A DNA stretch of 63,789 nt, counting the filler, from Nitrospinota bacterium (GTDB lineage: Bacteria > JAUXIQ01), in the NCBI GenBank assembly GCA_030620925.1. It is 11 parts of 11 records of this genome, joined end to end, with 100 filler letters (N's around TTAATTAATTAA, not from the genome) between each part and the next. Parts side by side here need not be neighbours in the genome. Positions count along the whole stretch, not along the records: positions 6,756 to 12,997 come from JAUXIQ010000126.1; positions 13,098 to 19,066 come from JAUXIQ010000144.1; 9 more parts are not named here. One strand, given 5' to 3'. The notes below the pieces were generated by a model that had not been told where the DNA came from, made no database searches, and worked only from the letters and a program-made list of their open reading frames with translations. Position numbers and translations under genes: made by a program. Position 1 is the stretch's first letter; each line of letters opens with the position of its first letter. Below, piece by piece: positions 9,252-18,852 of this stretch.

Positions 9252-9355
9252 AGAATCTCGCCTACCCGTGCAAATCCTGCGTTCTTTTATCAACCTCTCC
9301 TTCATCCCCTCCAGCGGAACGCCCCGCGGAAGGCGGGGTCGAGGGAGGGAGACTC
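9245..9355. repeat. REP-like palindrome cluster
   Basis: GGAGTGAAGAATCTCGCC (half of the 4727 family) and CCCCTCCAGCGGAACGCCCCGCGGAAGGCGGGGTCGAGGGAGGG. Confidence 0.75.
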
Positions 9356-9447
9356 TAGTAACCTGTGAAATCCTGAATCGTTATGGGGCACACAAAATTG
9401 CGGACAACATAAGCTGTTAATAGGCGCGCGACCGCCCTCGAACGGGG

Positions 9448-12387
9448 CTAGAGGCCCAGGAGGATGCCCACCGCCCTGAAGGCATCACGCAGTGTCACCT
9501 CGTTGTTTTCATCCAGGTCCTGAGTGCAGCGCTGTTCCTCGGTCTGGGGCTGTGGATCGAGGTGGAAGCCTATACGAAACAGGTCGATGATGTCCGCTAT
9601 TTCCACGGAGCCGTCCCCATCGGCGTCTCCCTTCAGACACTGAAAAATCTCCACCGTTGACGCCACGGAGGGATCGCTGGCTAAGGAAGCGGTGATGGTT
9701 TCCCCTGCCCCCGCCCCCAGGCGAAAGAGGCTCCGGTCGGTAAAGGCGCCGACGGAGGCTTGATTCTCAGGGGTCTCCGCCGTGCGGTAGATGCCTGTCC
9801 CCCCTCCAGTTTCGTTGAGGTGCAGATATATTCCCCGGGAGTCCGTGTTGCTGCTTTTTATATGGACCAGGACCGAATTAACAGCCGGGTCGCCGCCCGT
9901 TCCTTCGAGCTGAACGTAGAGCATGGAATCGGCGGCTAAGGAGGAGACGGCGGCCTCGTAGGCGGAGTCTTTGAACGAAATGGCCGATGGAGAGAACGAC
10001 CGATCCAACGGGAAAGACATCTTGGGGACGATATTAACCGTTCCCTTCCGGGTTCCTGCGTCGGCTTTATTGCCTTTGAAAAAGTTATGGGGGGCGTTAA
10101 CCTGGTTTTTGAATGCGTATATACCCCATCCGGCAGGATGGTTCAAAAAATTGTTCCCGACAATTATCGGGTTCAGCTTGCCCACCCTGTCTTGCATGGA
10201 CAGGCCGATTTTGTCGTTACCTTCGAAGCTGTTGCCGATGATCCTGGGAACGGCGCTGTTACCGCAAACCACGCCCCAATCATTATCGGTAATGAGGTTG
10301 CCGGTTATCCGCGGCCTGGAGTTCTCCCAGCAGGAGACGCCGGTGAGGTTTCCGGTGAAGGTGTTTCCTTTAATTAACGGGGAAGAGTCGCCGAAAGATG
10401 TAACCCCGGTCTCGGAAAAGTTTCTGAAAGTCGATGCCGAAAGGGTGGGTGAGGCCGATGATAAGGTAATACCCCTGGTGCCGTTTTCCAGGACCGCATG
10501 AGATATTACCGACCGGTCGTCCGCATCTTCCGCAAACCGGATGGAGCCCCACTCTCCGGGGACCGCTCTTCCAGCGGAAGTGATGAGCACGGGATTTTTC
10601 TCGCCGCCCTGAATTTTCAGCAACCCTGAAACGATAATGTTCACCTGATCCGAATCGGCTGCCTTCTTAAACCTCACCACAGCCCCTTCGGTGATGGTCA
10701 ACGAGAGGTGGTTCTCTATGAAGAGGTCGCTGGTTATATAGTAGGGGTTCCCCGCAGCATCCCACACCGTATGACCGTCCAGTATAACCGCCGCGTTGGT
10801 GCCCCAGGGGTTGTCGATTACCGTGGGGTTGAACTGCAAGGGGGTGTAGCCGCTGTCGCTCTCGTTTTTCACGGTGAGCCTGTGTATTTCGCCGGTGACT
10901 ATGGGGGCGGCAAAGCGCAGCCGGACGGTAACACCGTCCTTCAGCCGCGTTGCCGCAGCGGGGTGCACCGGTTTGCCGTGCCTGATGGAAGACAACGTGT
11001 AATTGTCGGCTGCCGGGGCGGCGTTAACCGGCCTGTTGTATTCAACGTCCAGAGTCTTGTAATCCACCAGTAAAACGGACTTTACGTGGAACCCCAGAGA
11101 CAGGTTGAAGGTCATCCTTTCGCCGGGAGGGGAGATGTCCGCCACCGAAACGCCAGTGGCCTCTCCGGCGTCGTTGTTGCTGTCCACCAGAGCGCTGTCG
11201 GCGAAAGAACCGCCCTCGGAGAAAGGGTCTCCGGCGTCGCCTCTGTTGTGGGCAATGTCCAGGTCTACGAAACCGTCGGCGGCCTCCAGGTCTATATACT
11301 TGTGTCCTTCGTCGGTGTTGACTTCATTACAGACCCACCTGTTGTTCTTGCAGCCGGAATCGACGATGGTCTGCAGCCGCCCCACCTCTTCGTCGACGTG
11401 CCAGATGAGCAGTCCCTCGCCGGGCAGTGACCGGTCCCATGAGGTCTGGCGTCGGTATTCCAGCAGGAAGTATTCCGCCGAATCGGGATAGCCGCGGGCT
11501 TTCACCTTGACCACCTGGTTCCCCTCCGAGGCGGGAGGAAGCTGGAAGCCGATCCGATCCGAAGACTGGAGGGTCACCGAAGCCCAGCCCAGAAATATTT
11601 TCGACCAGGCAGTGGGTTCGGCTGGCATGGCTCCGTTGCCGCCCCAGCATCCGCTGCCCATGAGGCCCCAGCCGCCGATGCCGGATGAGGAGCCGTCCAC
11701 ATCGTAGAGGTCGGGCAGGCCCAGCTCGTGACCGATCTGATGTGCTATTACCCCCACGATGCCGCTCCCCGCAGCTTTTTCCTTTTCGGGAACCACCATG
11801 CCTCCCAGCACCTCAACGCCATCCACCTTTATGGTGGGAAAACCCACCCGCTGCGACCAGATTTCCGGTCCGTCGCCTTTCCCAAGGGATTCCTCACCCA
11901 CACCGGCGTGGATAATCATCAACGCGTCGAATTTAGAGAAGTCGATGCTTCTATCCGCGGCCCGCACGGCATCCATGACCAACGCCCGGGCTCCGCCGCG
12001 TTTCTCATCCCCGTAATGGCTCAGTGGCCGGTTCATGGTGTAGGCGCCGTCGGAGACTGTGAAGTTCAGTTTGAGCATCCCCTCGGAAACGTCCCGGTAA
12101 TAGTCCGTCACGGTGTTCAAGACGGACTTAAAGAAGGATTTGGTGCTGCCGGTTTCAAAGGAGACGTCAGAGAACTGCACGCCGAGGACGATGACGTTCA
12201 GTTTTCCACTACTGCCTCTTCCCGCAGAGGCGCCGGGGGGCGGCCCGGGCTTACGGATGGAGCGGCCGCCTGCGACGGAATGCTCACCGGTGGGCCCCCC
12301 TGCCCAGGGCGCGGGAGGTACCCCCCACGAGAGGCCGGGGAGCAGGATCGCAAGCAGAACAGCCACCACCAGACCCGCCGATCGCAT
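9448..12387 (-). CDS. Secreted M6-family (immune inhibitor A-like) metallopeptidase homolog with Ig-like, beta-helix and dockerin-like domains
   Basis: Signal peptide; IHAGVGEE, HQIGHELGLPDLYD, WGLMGSG, EYFLLEYR, GLLIWHVDE; parallel beta-helix repeats; C-terminal GDADGDG...DLDENNEV twin calcium loops. Confidence 0.88.
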   Translation of the reverse strand: MRSAGLVVAVLLAILLPGLSWGVPPAPWAGGPTGEHSVAGGRSIRKPGPPPGASAGRGSSGKLNVIVLGVQFSDVSFETGSTKSFFKSVLNTVTDYYRDVSEGMLKLNFTVSDGAYTMNRPLSHYGDEKRGGARALVMDAVRAADRSIDFSKFDALMIIHAGVGEESLGKGDGPEIWSQRVGFPTIKVDGVEVLGGMVVPEKEKAAGSGIVGVIAHQIGHELGLPDLYDVDGSSSGIGGWGLMGSGCWGGNGAMPAEPTAWSKIFLGWASVTLQSSDRIGFQLPPASEGNQVVKVKARGYPDSAEYFLLEYRRQTSWDRSLPGEGLLIWHVDEEVGRLQTIVDSGCKNNRWVCNEVNTDEGHKYIDLEAADGFVDLDIAHNRGDAGDPFSEGGSFADSALVDSNNDAGEATGVSVADISPPGERMTFNLSLGFHVKSVLLVDYKTLDVEYNRPVNAAPAADNYTLSSIRHGKPVHPAAATRLKDGVTVRLRFAAPIVTGEIHRLTVKNESDSGYTPLQFNPTVIDNPWGTNAAVILDGHTVWDAAGNPYYITSDLFIENHLSLTITEGAVVRFKKAADSDQVNIIVSGLLKIQGGEKNPVLITSAGRAVPGEWGSIRFAEDADDRSVISHAVLENGTRGITLSSASPTLSASTFRNFSETGVTSFGDSSPLIKGNTFTGNLTGVSCWENSRPRITGNLITDNDWGVVCGNSAVPRIIGNSFEGNDKIGLSMQDRVGKLNPIIVGNNFLNHPAGWGIYAFKNQVNAPHNFFKGNKADAGTRKGTVNIVPKMSFPLDRSFSPSAISFKDSAYEAAVSSLAADSMLYVQLEGTGGDPAVNSVLVHIKSSNTDSRGIYLHLNETGGGTGIYRTAETPENQASVGAFTDRSLFRLGAGAGETITASLASDPSVASTVEIFQCLKGDADGDGSVEIADIIDLFRIGFHLDPQPQTEEQRCTQDLDENNEVTLRDAFRAVGILLGL

Positions 12388-12652
12388 AAGTTTCTCCTAC
12401 GGACGTAACAGTGCGAGGAGTTAAATCAACATTTTACATGATTAGAAAAAAATAGGTTTTGAAATTGACGGGCCATTCTACCATTAAATCCATCTGGTGG
12501 GAAATCCTTTTGAAGACCTATGATTATAAGGGGAGTTGGAGCTTAATCATCGCCACAGTCGTATTTTATCAAGCAGAAACTACTCATGGGGCGAAGCGGA
12601 ATATCGGTGTGCGGGTAATTATAGAAAAATGTTATGCATCATGTTAGGGTTC

Positions 12653-12690
12653 TAAGAAAAGCCCCGCACAACTCTATACGGCTGCGGACA
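12653..12690 (-). terminator. Intrinsic terminator
   Basis: Minus-strand hairpin GTCCGCAGC...GTTGTGCGGGGC with G-U pairs, followed by TTTTCTT. Confidence 0.55.
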
Positions 12691-12755
12691 TCGACCTCCC
12701 TTAATCCTGGTAAAGCCTGAAGGGTTTCTAGCTATAACGTGTGGGTGAATCTGAC

Positions 12756-12915
12756 TCCGGTGCAGAGCCGTTATGCCGGGTCTATCAGACGCGGCGCACA
12801 CACAGCGATAGGCTGCTGTAGTAAACGGAGGGTGTCTTTGTGCGACGCGTCAGGCGGGAAAGAGTAGGGCCGCCGGCTGGCCGATTCTGGCTCTGAGCAC
12901 GGACTCCGGGCATAA
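12756..12915. ncRNA. Candidate structured RNA (multi-stem, pseudoknot topology), family unassigned
   Basis: Complementary segment pairs 12756-69/12889-903, 12771-80/12907-15, 12788-800/12839-51, 12802-06/12815-19 and 12853-57/12870-74 in non-coding DNA. Confidence 0.45.
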
Positions 12916-13097
12916 ATTTAAATGGTATAAAACATAATGGGGTGAGAGATGTGGCGGAGATTATGGAGTTTATGGATTTGTATGGTGTTGACACTCANNN
13001 NNNNNNNNNNNNNNNNNNNNNNNNNNNNNNNNNNNNNNNNNTTAATTAATTAANNNNNNNNNNNNNNNNNNNNNNNNNNNNNNNNNNNNNNNNNNNN

Positions 13098-13159
13098 ACA
13101 ACCTCCAGGATTTCGCCTTCCCAGCTTATGATTTTATCCGGATCGTAAAAGACAGGCAT
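13098..13159 (-). CDS. Start of an unidentified gene truncated by the contig end
   Basis: MPVFYDPDKIISWEGEILEV..., open to the gap. Confidence 0.4.
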
Positions 13160-13317
13160 GGTAGAACCATCCCAAAGGATTAAAAAGAATTTGAACGTTT
13201 TTCCTTTATATCAATAGCAGGTGTGCGGGTTTGAGTCAACGCAGTGGCAGAGTCGAAAGGGTCACTAACCTATGAGCCATGAGCCATCGGCGGGTATTTG
13301 GCGGGGGAAAGAGGATG

Positions 13318-13353
13318 AAAAAAGCGCAGGGTAAGAAGCCCCGCGCTTTTTTT
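13318..13353. terminator. Bidirectional intrinsic terminator
   Basis: AAAAAAGCGCAGGG...CCCCGCGCTTTTTTT downstream of the minus-strand hydrolase. Confidence 0.75.
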
Positions 13354-13365
13354 AAACCGATTACT

Positions 13366-14061
13366 TTAAAGTTCGCATTCCTCTCCGGGATTTAATGGTA
13401 CGACTTCCACCCCGGGGGCTTTTTCCTGCGCCAACTGGACGAAAGAAGAGGGGTCGGGAACCAGGAATGGAAAAGTCTTGTAATGCATGGGGATGACCTT
13501 CTTACACTTCAGCATCTTTGCCGCCACGGCAGCCTGCAGCGGGTCCATGGTGAACACGCTGCCGATGGGGAGCATGGCCAGGTCTATGCCGTATATATCT
13601 CCCAGAATCTCCATGCTGCTGAAAATGCCCGTATCCCCCGCGTGGTAGATGGTCTTACCATCCTCCAGTTTCACCACGTAACCGTTGGGGTTGGACGTGC
13701 CGGAGTGAAAAGCTTGAGTCATGGTGATGAAGACGCCGTCGACTTCGCTGGTGCCGCCCGTGTTCATACCGTAGCCGAAGTTGATGATATTATCGTCGGC
13801 TACGCCGGCCTCTTTAAGTTTGGCAACCGTCTCAGGCATACCCACCGCTGTGCCCCCGCACTTTTTAATTATATCCGGCGCGTCACCAAGGTGGTCGGCG
13901 TGGTCGTGGGTGATGAGCATTATGTCGCAGGCGTCGACTTGATCCAGGGTGATGGCGGCCGTGGGGTTCTGGCTCAGGAAGGGGTCTATATAGATTGTCT
14001 TTCCATTACTGGTGACAATAGAGAAAGCGGCATGCCCAAGGAATTTAATCTTATTAGCCAT
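13366..14061 (-). CDS. Metal-dependent hydrolase, MBL fold (UPF0173-like)
   Basis: FLGHAAF, IDPF, THDHADH, YHAGDT, IPMHY. Confidence 0.92.
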   Translation of the reverse strand: MANKIKFLGHAAFSIVTSNGKTIYIDPFLSQNPTAAITLDQVDACDIMLITHDHADHLGDAPDIIKKCGGTAVGMPETVAKLKEAGVADDNIINFGYGMNTGGTSEVDGVFITMTQAFHSGTSNPNGYVVKLEDGKTIYHAGDTGIFSSMEILGDIYGIDLAMLPIGSVFTMDPLQAAVAAKMLKCKKVIPMHYKTFPFLVPDPSSFVQLAQEKAPGVEVVPLNPGEECEL

Positions 14062-14309
14062 AGTTATCTCCTTTCGTGAAGTAAAGGGTCTTTTGATCCG
14101 GCTCCAGCAGCCGGTTCACACTCTTTTCAGCAAACGGTGCAGAGCAGATATTAGCAGATAGTTTAAAGACCTGTCAAACATTTTCGTTTTTCAGGGTGGG
14201 GTGTTAAGGCCGCCGTCTATTGAAGCGGGGCATTGAATTATGATATACCTATAAGATAAAATAAGTGAGTTAAAACGTTCTTTTACCTATTTTTAAGGAG
14301 GGGGCATAG

Positions 14310-15524
14310 GTGAGCAAAGACGATAAACATGAAGGGTCGATGCCGCTGGAAGGAATAAGGGTACTCGATCTCACTCACGTCATGGCGGGGCCTGCATGCA
14401 CTATGAGCATGGCCGATATGGGTGCGGAGGTCATCAAGGTCGAAGAGCCGGGCAAAGGGGATATCAGCCGGAACATCTACGACGCATATCAGGGCGGCGA
14501 GGGTGCGCTGTTCCTTAACCTCAACCGCAACAAGAAAGGCTTAACTCTGAACCTGAAGCAAGAGAAGGGGAGGGCGATCCTCTATCAGCTCGCCGAGCGG
14601 AGCGACGTGTTCATCGAGAATTTCCGCGGCGGCGTGGCGGAGAAGCTGAAGCTGGATTATGAGACCATATCCACCGTTAACCCGTCCATTATCTACTGCT
14701 CGCTGTCCGCCTTCGGCAGCAGCGGCCCTTACAAGACTAAGCCGGGAGTGGATGCGGTATTACAGGCCGTGGGCGGAGTAATGAGCTGCACGGGAGAGAT
14801 GGACGGCCCGCCGTGTTTATGCGGAGCCCCGGTGGTGGACATGATCGGGGCTCTGGTCGCTACCCAGGGGATCCTGACAGCGCTGCTATACAGGGAACGC
14901 ACAGGCGTGGGACAAAAAGTGGAGACTTCCCTGTTGAACGGCATCCTCTACGCTCAGATACCGCGCTTCTCAACCTATTTTGTGGCGGACAGGGATTACA
15001 GGCCCATGGGAAGCGGCCATGCAGAAATAGTCCCCTACCAGGCTTTTCAGACCAGGGAAGGAAAATACGTTTTCATGGGATTGTTTGATGAAAATGCCTG
15101 GGAGCGCTTCTGCCGGGCGATGGGCTTGGAACATCTTCAGAACGACCCCAGCTTTGCCCTGAATGAGCATCGGGTAAAAAACCGGAAAGAGCTCGTTTCC
15201 ATACTGGAGGAAGCCTTTTTAAAGCTTTCCGTCAGCGAAGCCCTGGACAGGTTAGAAGGGGGCGACATTCTTTGCGGACTCGTAAACACGCTGTCAGACT
15301 TGATGGAAAACCCCCAGGTCCGTGAGAACGATATGCTCATCACTCTCGAGCATCCCACCGCCGGCACGGTTGATAACGTGGGAATCCCCATCAAGCTGAG
15401 CAAGACGCCGGGACAGGTTAAAAGCCATCCGCCTCTGCTGGGAGAGCACAATAACCAGGTGCTCTCCTGGCTGGGATACTCACAGCAGGAGATCGAAATG
15501 CTGAAAGAGGAGAAAGTAATCTAA
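14310..15524 (+). CDS. Class III CoA-transferase (CaiB/BaiF family)
   Basis: PLEGIRVLDL, AGP, GAEVIKVE, NRNKKG, ENFR, PPLLGEH. Confidence 0.95.
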   Translation: MSKDDKHEGSMPLEGIRVLDLTHVMAGPACTMSMADMGAEVIKVEEPGKGDISRNIYDAYQGGEGALFLNLNRNKKGLTLNLKQEKGRAILYQLAERSDVFIENFRGGVAEKLKLDYETISTVNPSIIYCSLSAFGSSGPYKTKPGVDAVLQAVGGVMSCTGEMDGPPCLCGAPVVDMIGALVATQGILTALLYRERTGVGQKVETSLLNGILYAQIPRFSTYFVADRDYRPMGSGHAEIVPYQAFQTREGKYVFMGLFDENAWERFCRAMGLEHLQNDPSFALNEHRVKNRKELVSILEEAFLKLSVSEALDRLEGGDILCGLVNTLSDLMENPQVRENDMLITLEHPTAGTVDNVGIPIKLSKTPGQVKSHPPLLGEHNNQVLSWLGYSQQEIEMLKEEKVI

Positions 15525-15639
15525 ACATTTTTTTGTAAGCAAGGAAAGATTAGCACCATGAGCGACCCTGTAGGGTTCGGGCCGGGCAGGTCATAGGCTA
15601 TCCAGCTACAGGGAACATGTCCGAAGGGAGGAACTTAAC

Positions 15640-16380
15640 ATGGCGGAGGAAAAAGTAACGTTCATAGGACACTCCACACTGCTTATCGAAGCCGCAGGCA
15701 AGAAAATCCTAACCGACCCCTGGTTTCACGAGCCGGTGTATGGCGGCATTTACCATCGGAGGCCGCCGGGGATACCGTTGGAGAACCTGGCCGACGTCGA
15801 CATGATCCTCATTTCTCATGGCCATAAGGACCACTACGATGAGAAAGCCCTGGAGCGGCTGAACGATAATGCCCTGATAATTCTTCCGGACGATAAACTG
15901 GTCAAGAGGGCGGGGGAGTTGGGATTCTCAAGAGCTGAGAAGCTGGAGCCGTGGCAGAAAAAGACCGAGGGCGGGTTGACGGTGACCGCGGTCCCCGCTA
16001 AACACCCGACTTACCAGGTAGGATACGTAATAACGGGAGAGGGGAAAACTTACTATTTCGCGGGTGATACCAGGAACGTTCCCGAAATTTCCGCGATGGC
16101 GGAACAGTTTAAAATAGATGTAGCCCTGCTGCCAATTGCCGGGCTTAAGATGCTTTTCTTTATCCGTGCCGTGATGCGGCCCGAAGATGCGGCCGGAGCG
16201 GCCAAGGCCCTTGATGTGAAGGTTCTGATCCCCATTCACTACGATATGAATATAAAATCGACTGCTAAGCTCATGATCAGCCAAACGGCGAATAGCCTGG
16301 ATAAATTGAGAGAGGCCATGAAGAAGGAAGGTTGTTCAGCGGAACTGGTAGTCCTCAATGAGGGTGAGAGCTATTCCTAA
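15640..16380 (+). CDS. MBL-fold metallo-hydrolase
   Basis: GHSTLLI, LTDPWF, SHGHKDHYD, YFAGDT, IPIHY. Confidence 0.9.
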   Translation: MAEEKVTFIGHSTLLIEAAGKKILTDPWFHEPVYGGIYHRRPPGIPLENLADVDMILISHGHKDHYDEKALERLNDNALIILPDDKLVKRAGELGFSRAEKLEPWQKKTEGGLTVTAVPAKHPTYQVGYVITGEGKTYYFAGDTRNVPEISAMAEQFKIDVALLPIAGLKMLFFIRAVMRPEDAAGAAKALDVKVLIPIHYDMNIKSTAKLMISQTANSLDKLREAMKKEGCSAELVVLNEGESYS

Positions 16381-16419
16381 TTACCGTGACGATGTAGAGT
16401 TAAGGAAAAGGGGAAGGGA

Positions 16420-17301
16420 TCAGTTCAGGTAATCACGCAGTGGCTTAACGCGTGAGCGGGTGCGCAACTTGTTCTTGGCCTTTTTCTCTATTTGTCGTAT
16501 ACGTTCCCTGGAGAGCCCGAGTCGACCGCCTATTTCCTCCAGCGTCATGGGTTCACCCTCGAAACCGTATCTCATCTTGAGTATCTGCTGTTCCCTCGAT
16601 GTAAGCTCATCCAGTAATTCTTCTATTTCCTTACTCAGTGAAGCCCTGAGCAAGTTTTCTTCCACAGAGGGGGTATTACTTGCTTCCAGCAATTCCAGGT
16701 AACTGGTCTCCTCGCTGTCTTTTATGGGGGAATCCAGGGAAAGATGTGTGCGGTAGACTCTGAGGACGGATTCTATGTCTTCAGCCTCCAAATCGAGTGC
16801 CCTGGCCAGGTCTTGAGTACTCGGTTCCTGCCCTTTGGACTGCGCTAACTCCTTATATTTCTCTCCGATTTTGTAGAGCAGCCCCGCCTGTTTTATAGGA
16901 AGACGCACGGTTCCCGATTGTTCTGCCAGAGCGTGCATAATGGCCTGCCGTATCCACCACACGGCGTAGGTGATGAATTTGACTTCTCTATTGGGGTCGA
17001 AACGCTTGGCCGCCTGTATGAGGCCTACGTTTCCTTCACTGATTAAATCTGAAAGAGATAGGCCGCAGCCCTTATACTTATTGGCAACGCTCACCACATA
17101 GCGCAGATTTCGATTAACCAGCTCGTTTAGAGCTTTCTCATCTCTTTGATCCTGTATCCTGTGAGCGAGGCCGCCCTCTTCGTCGCGGGTGAGCAAAGGT
17201 ATCTTGCTAATCTTCTTAAGATATATGCTCAACGCGTCCTCACCGGACACATTATCTTCTTTTTCTTTTTCGATTTTCCTGTTCTTTTTCATAACCTTCA
17301 C
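16420..17301 (-). CDS. RNA polymerase sigma-70 factor, RpoD/RpoS-like, lacking region 1.1
   Basis: YLKKISKIPLLT, NLRYVVSVA, DLISEGNVGL, TYAVWWIRQAI, TLEEIG...SRERIRQIE. Confidence 0.93.
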   Translation of the reverse strand: MKVMKKNRKIEKEKEDNVSGEDALSIYLKKISKIPLLTRDEEGGLAHRIQDQRDEKALNELVNRNLRYVVSVANKYKGCGLSLSDLISEGNVGLIQAAKRFDPNREVKFITYAVWWIRQAIMHALAEQSGTVRLPIKQAGLLYKIGEKYKELAQSKGQEPSTQDLARALDLEAEDIESVLRVYRTHLSLDSPIKDSEETSYLELLEASNTPSVEENLLRASLSKEIEELLDELTSREQQILKMRYGFEGEPMTLEEIGGRLGLSRERIRQIEKKAKNKLRTRSRVKPLRDYLN

Positions 17302-17389
17302 ATAAAAAAAGCGACAAAATCCCTTGCACTAAAAGTGATAGCGAAAATTGACAAGCGAGCAGGTAATCGGGATGTCATCCTGGGCGTTT

Positions 17390-17782
17390 TTATTCGGTTT
17401 TAATATCAACTTTTATTATTTTGCCCGGAGAGTTCTTAACAAGAGCCTTCTCTGAATCGCTTTCCACTTGCTTAGATCGCTGCTCAGTTGCTTTAACTAC
17501 CTCTCTCTCGAGATTTTCTATCTGCTCTTGCATCTCTTTCATCTTTTCTCGCATCCCCAGGATTACTTCTACTCCAGCCAGATTTACGCCCAGTTCTCTG
17601 GTCAAGCGTAGAATTAATTGAAGCTTGTCGACATCCCGATGGGAATATAGCCTTGTATTTCCATCTGTTCTGGAGGGTTTTATGAGTCCTTCCCGCTCGT
17701 AAAGACGCAAAGTCTGCGGGTGAATGCTGAGCATTTGGGATACTATGCTGATCATATATAATGGTTCGTCTCTATTCCGCAT
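17390..17782 (-). CDS. hspR: MerR-family heat-shock repressor HspR
   Basis: PLYMISIVSQMLSIHPQTLRLYEREGL...RLYS...LGVNLAGV. Confidence 0.9.
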   Translation of the reverse strand: MRNRDEPLYMISIVSQMLSIHPQTLRLYEREGLIKPSRTDGNTRLYSHRDVDKLQLILRLTRELGVNLAGVEVILGMREKMKEMQEQIENLEREVVKATEQRSKQVESDSEKALVKNSPGKIIKVDIKTE

Positions 17783-17966
17783 AATCTTAACCCCATTTGT
17801 TGCCGTTCGCCCGGTAGAATTATTATCCTGAGGTCAGGGTGAAGGCAATATACTCCCCTCGAAGCCCAGTCAGTTTTGAAGAGAAGCAATAAGAAGATTA
17901 GACGTTTTACGCTGAAAAATTATTCATAATTTTTAACGCAAATCTAGAAATTATGCGTTTAACACT

Positions 17967-17996
17967 AATATAATTTATGAGTCTATAATTGTCAAA
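17967..17996 (-). promoter_or_regulatory. Sigma-70 promoter overlapped by a HAIR-like operator upstream of hspR
   Basis: TTGACA-17 nt-TATATT on the minus strand; TATGAGT-N7-TGTCAAA resembles HAIR CTTGAGT-N7-ACTCAAG. Confidence 0.6.
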
Positions 17997-18033
17997 TTAA
18001 TTTATCGAGCTGATAAGTACCATATCGGCCCTA

Positions 18034-18852
18034 TTACAGTTTTTTCTTGGCTTTTTTAGCCAACGAACTGTTGGGATAGTTGGTGTAGAGCTTTCTGTAT
18101 GCTCCCAACGCTTTACTTTTTTCACCCACCTTTTCGTAGGCATTACCCAGCGAAAACAGGATTCTGTCCGTTAAAACATCTTGAGAGTAATCCTTCAAAA
18201 GACTTTCATATCTATTGATGGCCGGACCATACGCTTTAGTTTTCATGTAATAATCCGCCACGTAAATCTCATGTTCAACCAGACGATGCCTTGCGAAACT
18301 TATCCTATTTTCAACATCGTCCCTGAATCGGCTTTTAGGATACTTTCTAAGAAAACTCCTCAGGTTTTTTATAGCATTAATGGTATGAGTCTGGTCTTTA
18401 TCGTAATTTAACATTCTGCTGAATTCGCAGAGGGCACTTCGGTAGGCAGCCTTTTCAGCCCATTCGTGAGCGGGATGAATTTCCATGAATTTGTTATAAT
18501 TAAACTCGGCTTCTTCATACTTTCTACGCAAAAACTGGCTCTCAGAGAGTATGAAAAGAGCCCTGGCTTTGTATTCGCTCTCGTAATACTCTTCAAGCAG
18601 TTCTTCCATTACTTTGGATGCTTTTCTGTATTTATGGTCGAGAAAAAGTTGTTCTCCGAGAAAGTAGAGCTCCTTATCCGATCTGATTCCTCTGGATGAA
18701 AATTTAGCGCAGCCGGCGCTATAAACCAGGGTCATAGCAACGGCAAGGAGCAGACAAAAAACAGCTCTCCCCGACACCTTGCGCGGAGAAATATATGGAG
18801 GCTTAAAAAGGGAAATAACCATTCGAGATCTGCTAAATGTTTTGGGAAGCAT
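18034..18852 (-). CDS. bamD: Outer membrane protein assembly factor BamD
   Basis: Lipobox SAGC; TPRs; DKDQT, YPKSRF, EHEIYVADYY, AINRYE; start codon uncertain. Confidence 0.88.
   Translation of the reverse strand: MLPKTFSRSRMVISLFKPPYISPRKVSGRAVFCLLLAVAMTLVYSAGCAKFSSRGIRSDKELYFLGEQLFLDHKYRKASKVMEELLEEYYESEYKARALFILSESQFLRRKYEEAEFNYNKFMEIHPAHEWAEKAAYRSALCEFSRMLNYDKDQTHTINAIKNLRSFLRKYPKSRFRDDVENRISFARHRLVEHEIYVADYYMKTKAYGPAINRYESLLKDYSQDVLTDRILFSLGNAYEKVGEKSKALGAYRKLYTNYPNSSLAKKAKKKL

Noticed and set aside
12735-12915. Assignment as c-di-AMP (ydaO) riboswitch, RNase P RNA, tmRNA or 6S RNA
   Set aside because: Only fragments match. CAGCTAAC and GGGGGACC (ydaO), GAGGAAAGTCC (RNase P) and tRNA-like ends are absent, so it is left unassigned.
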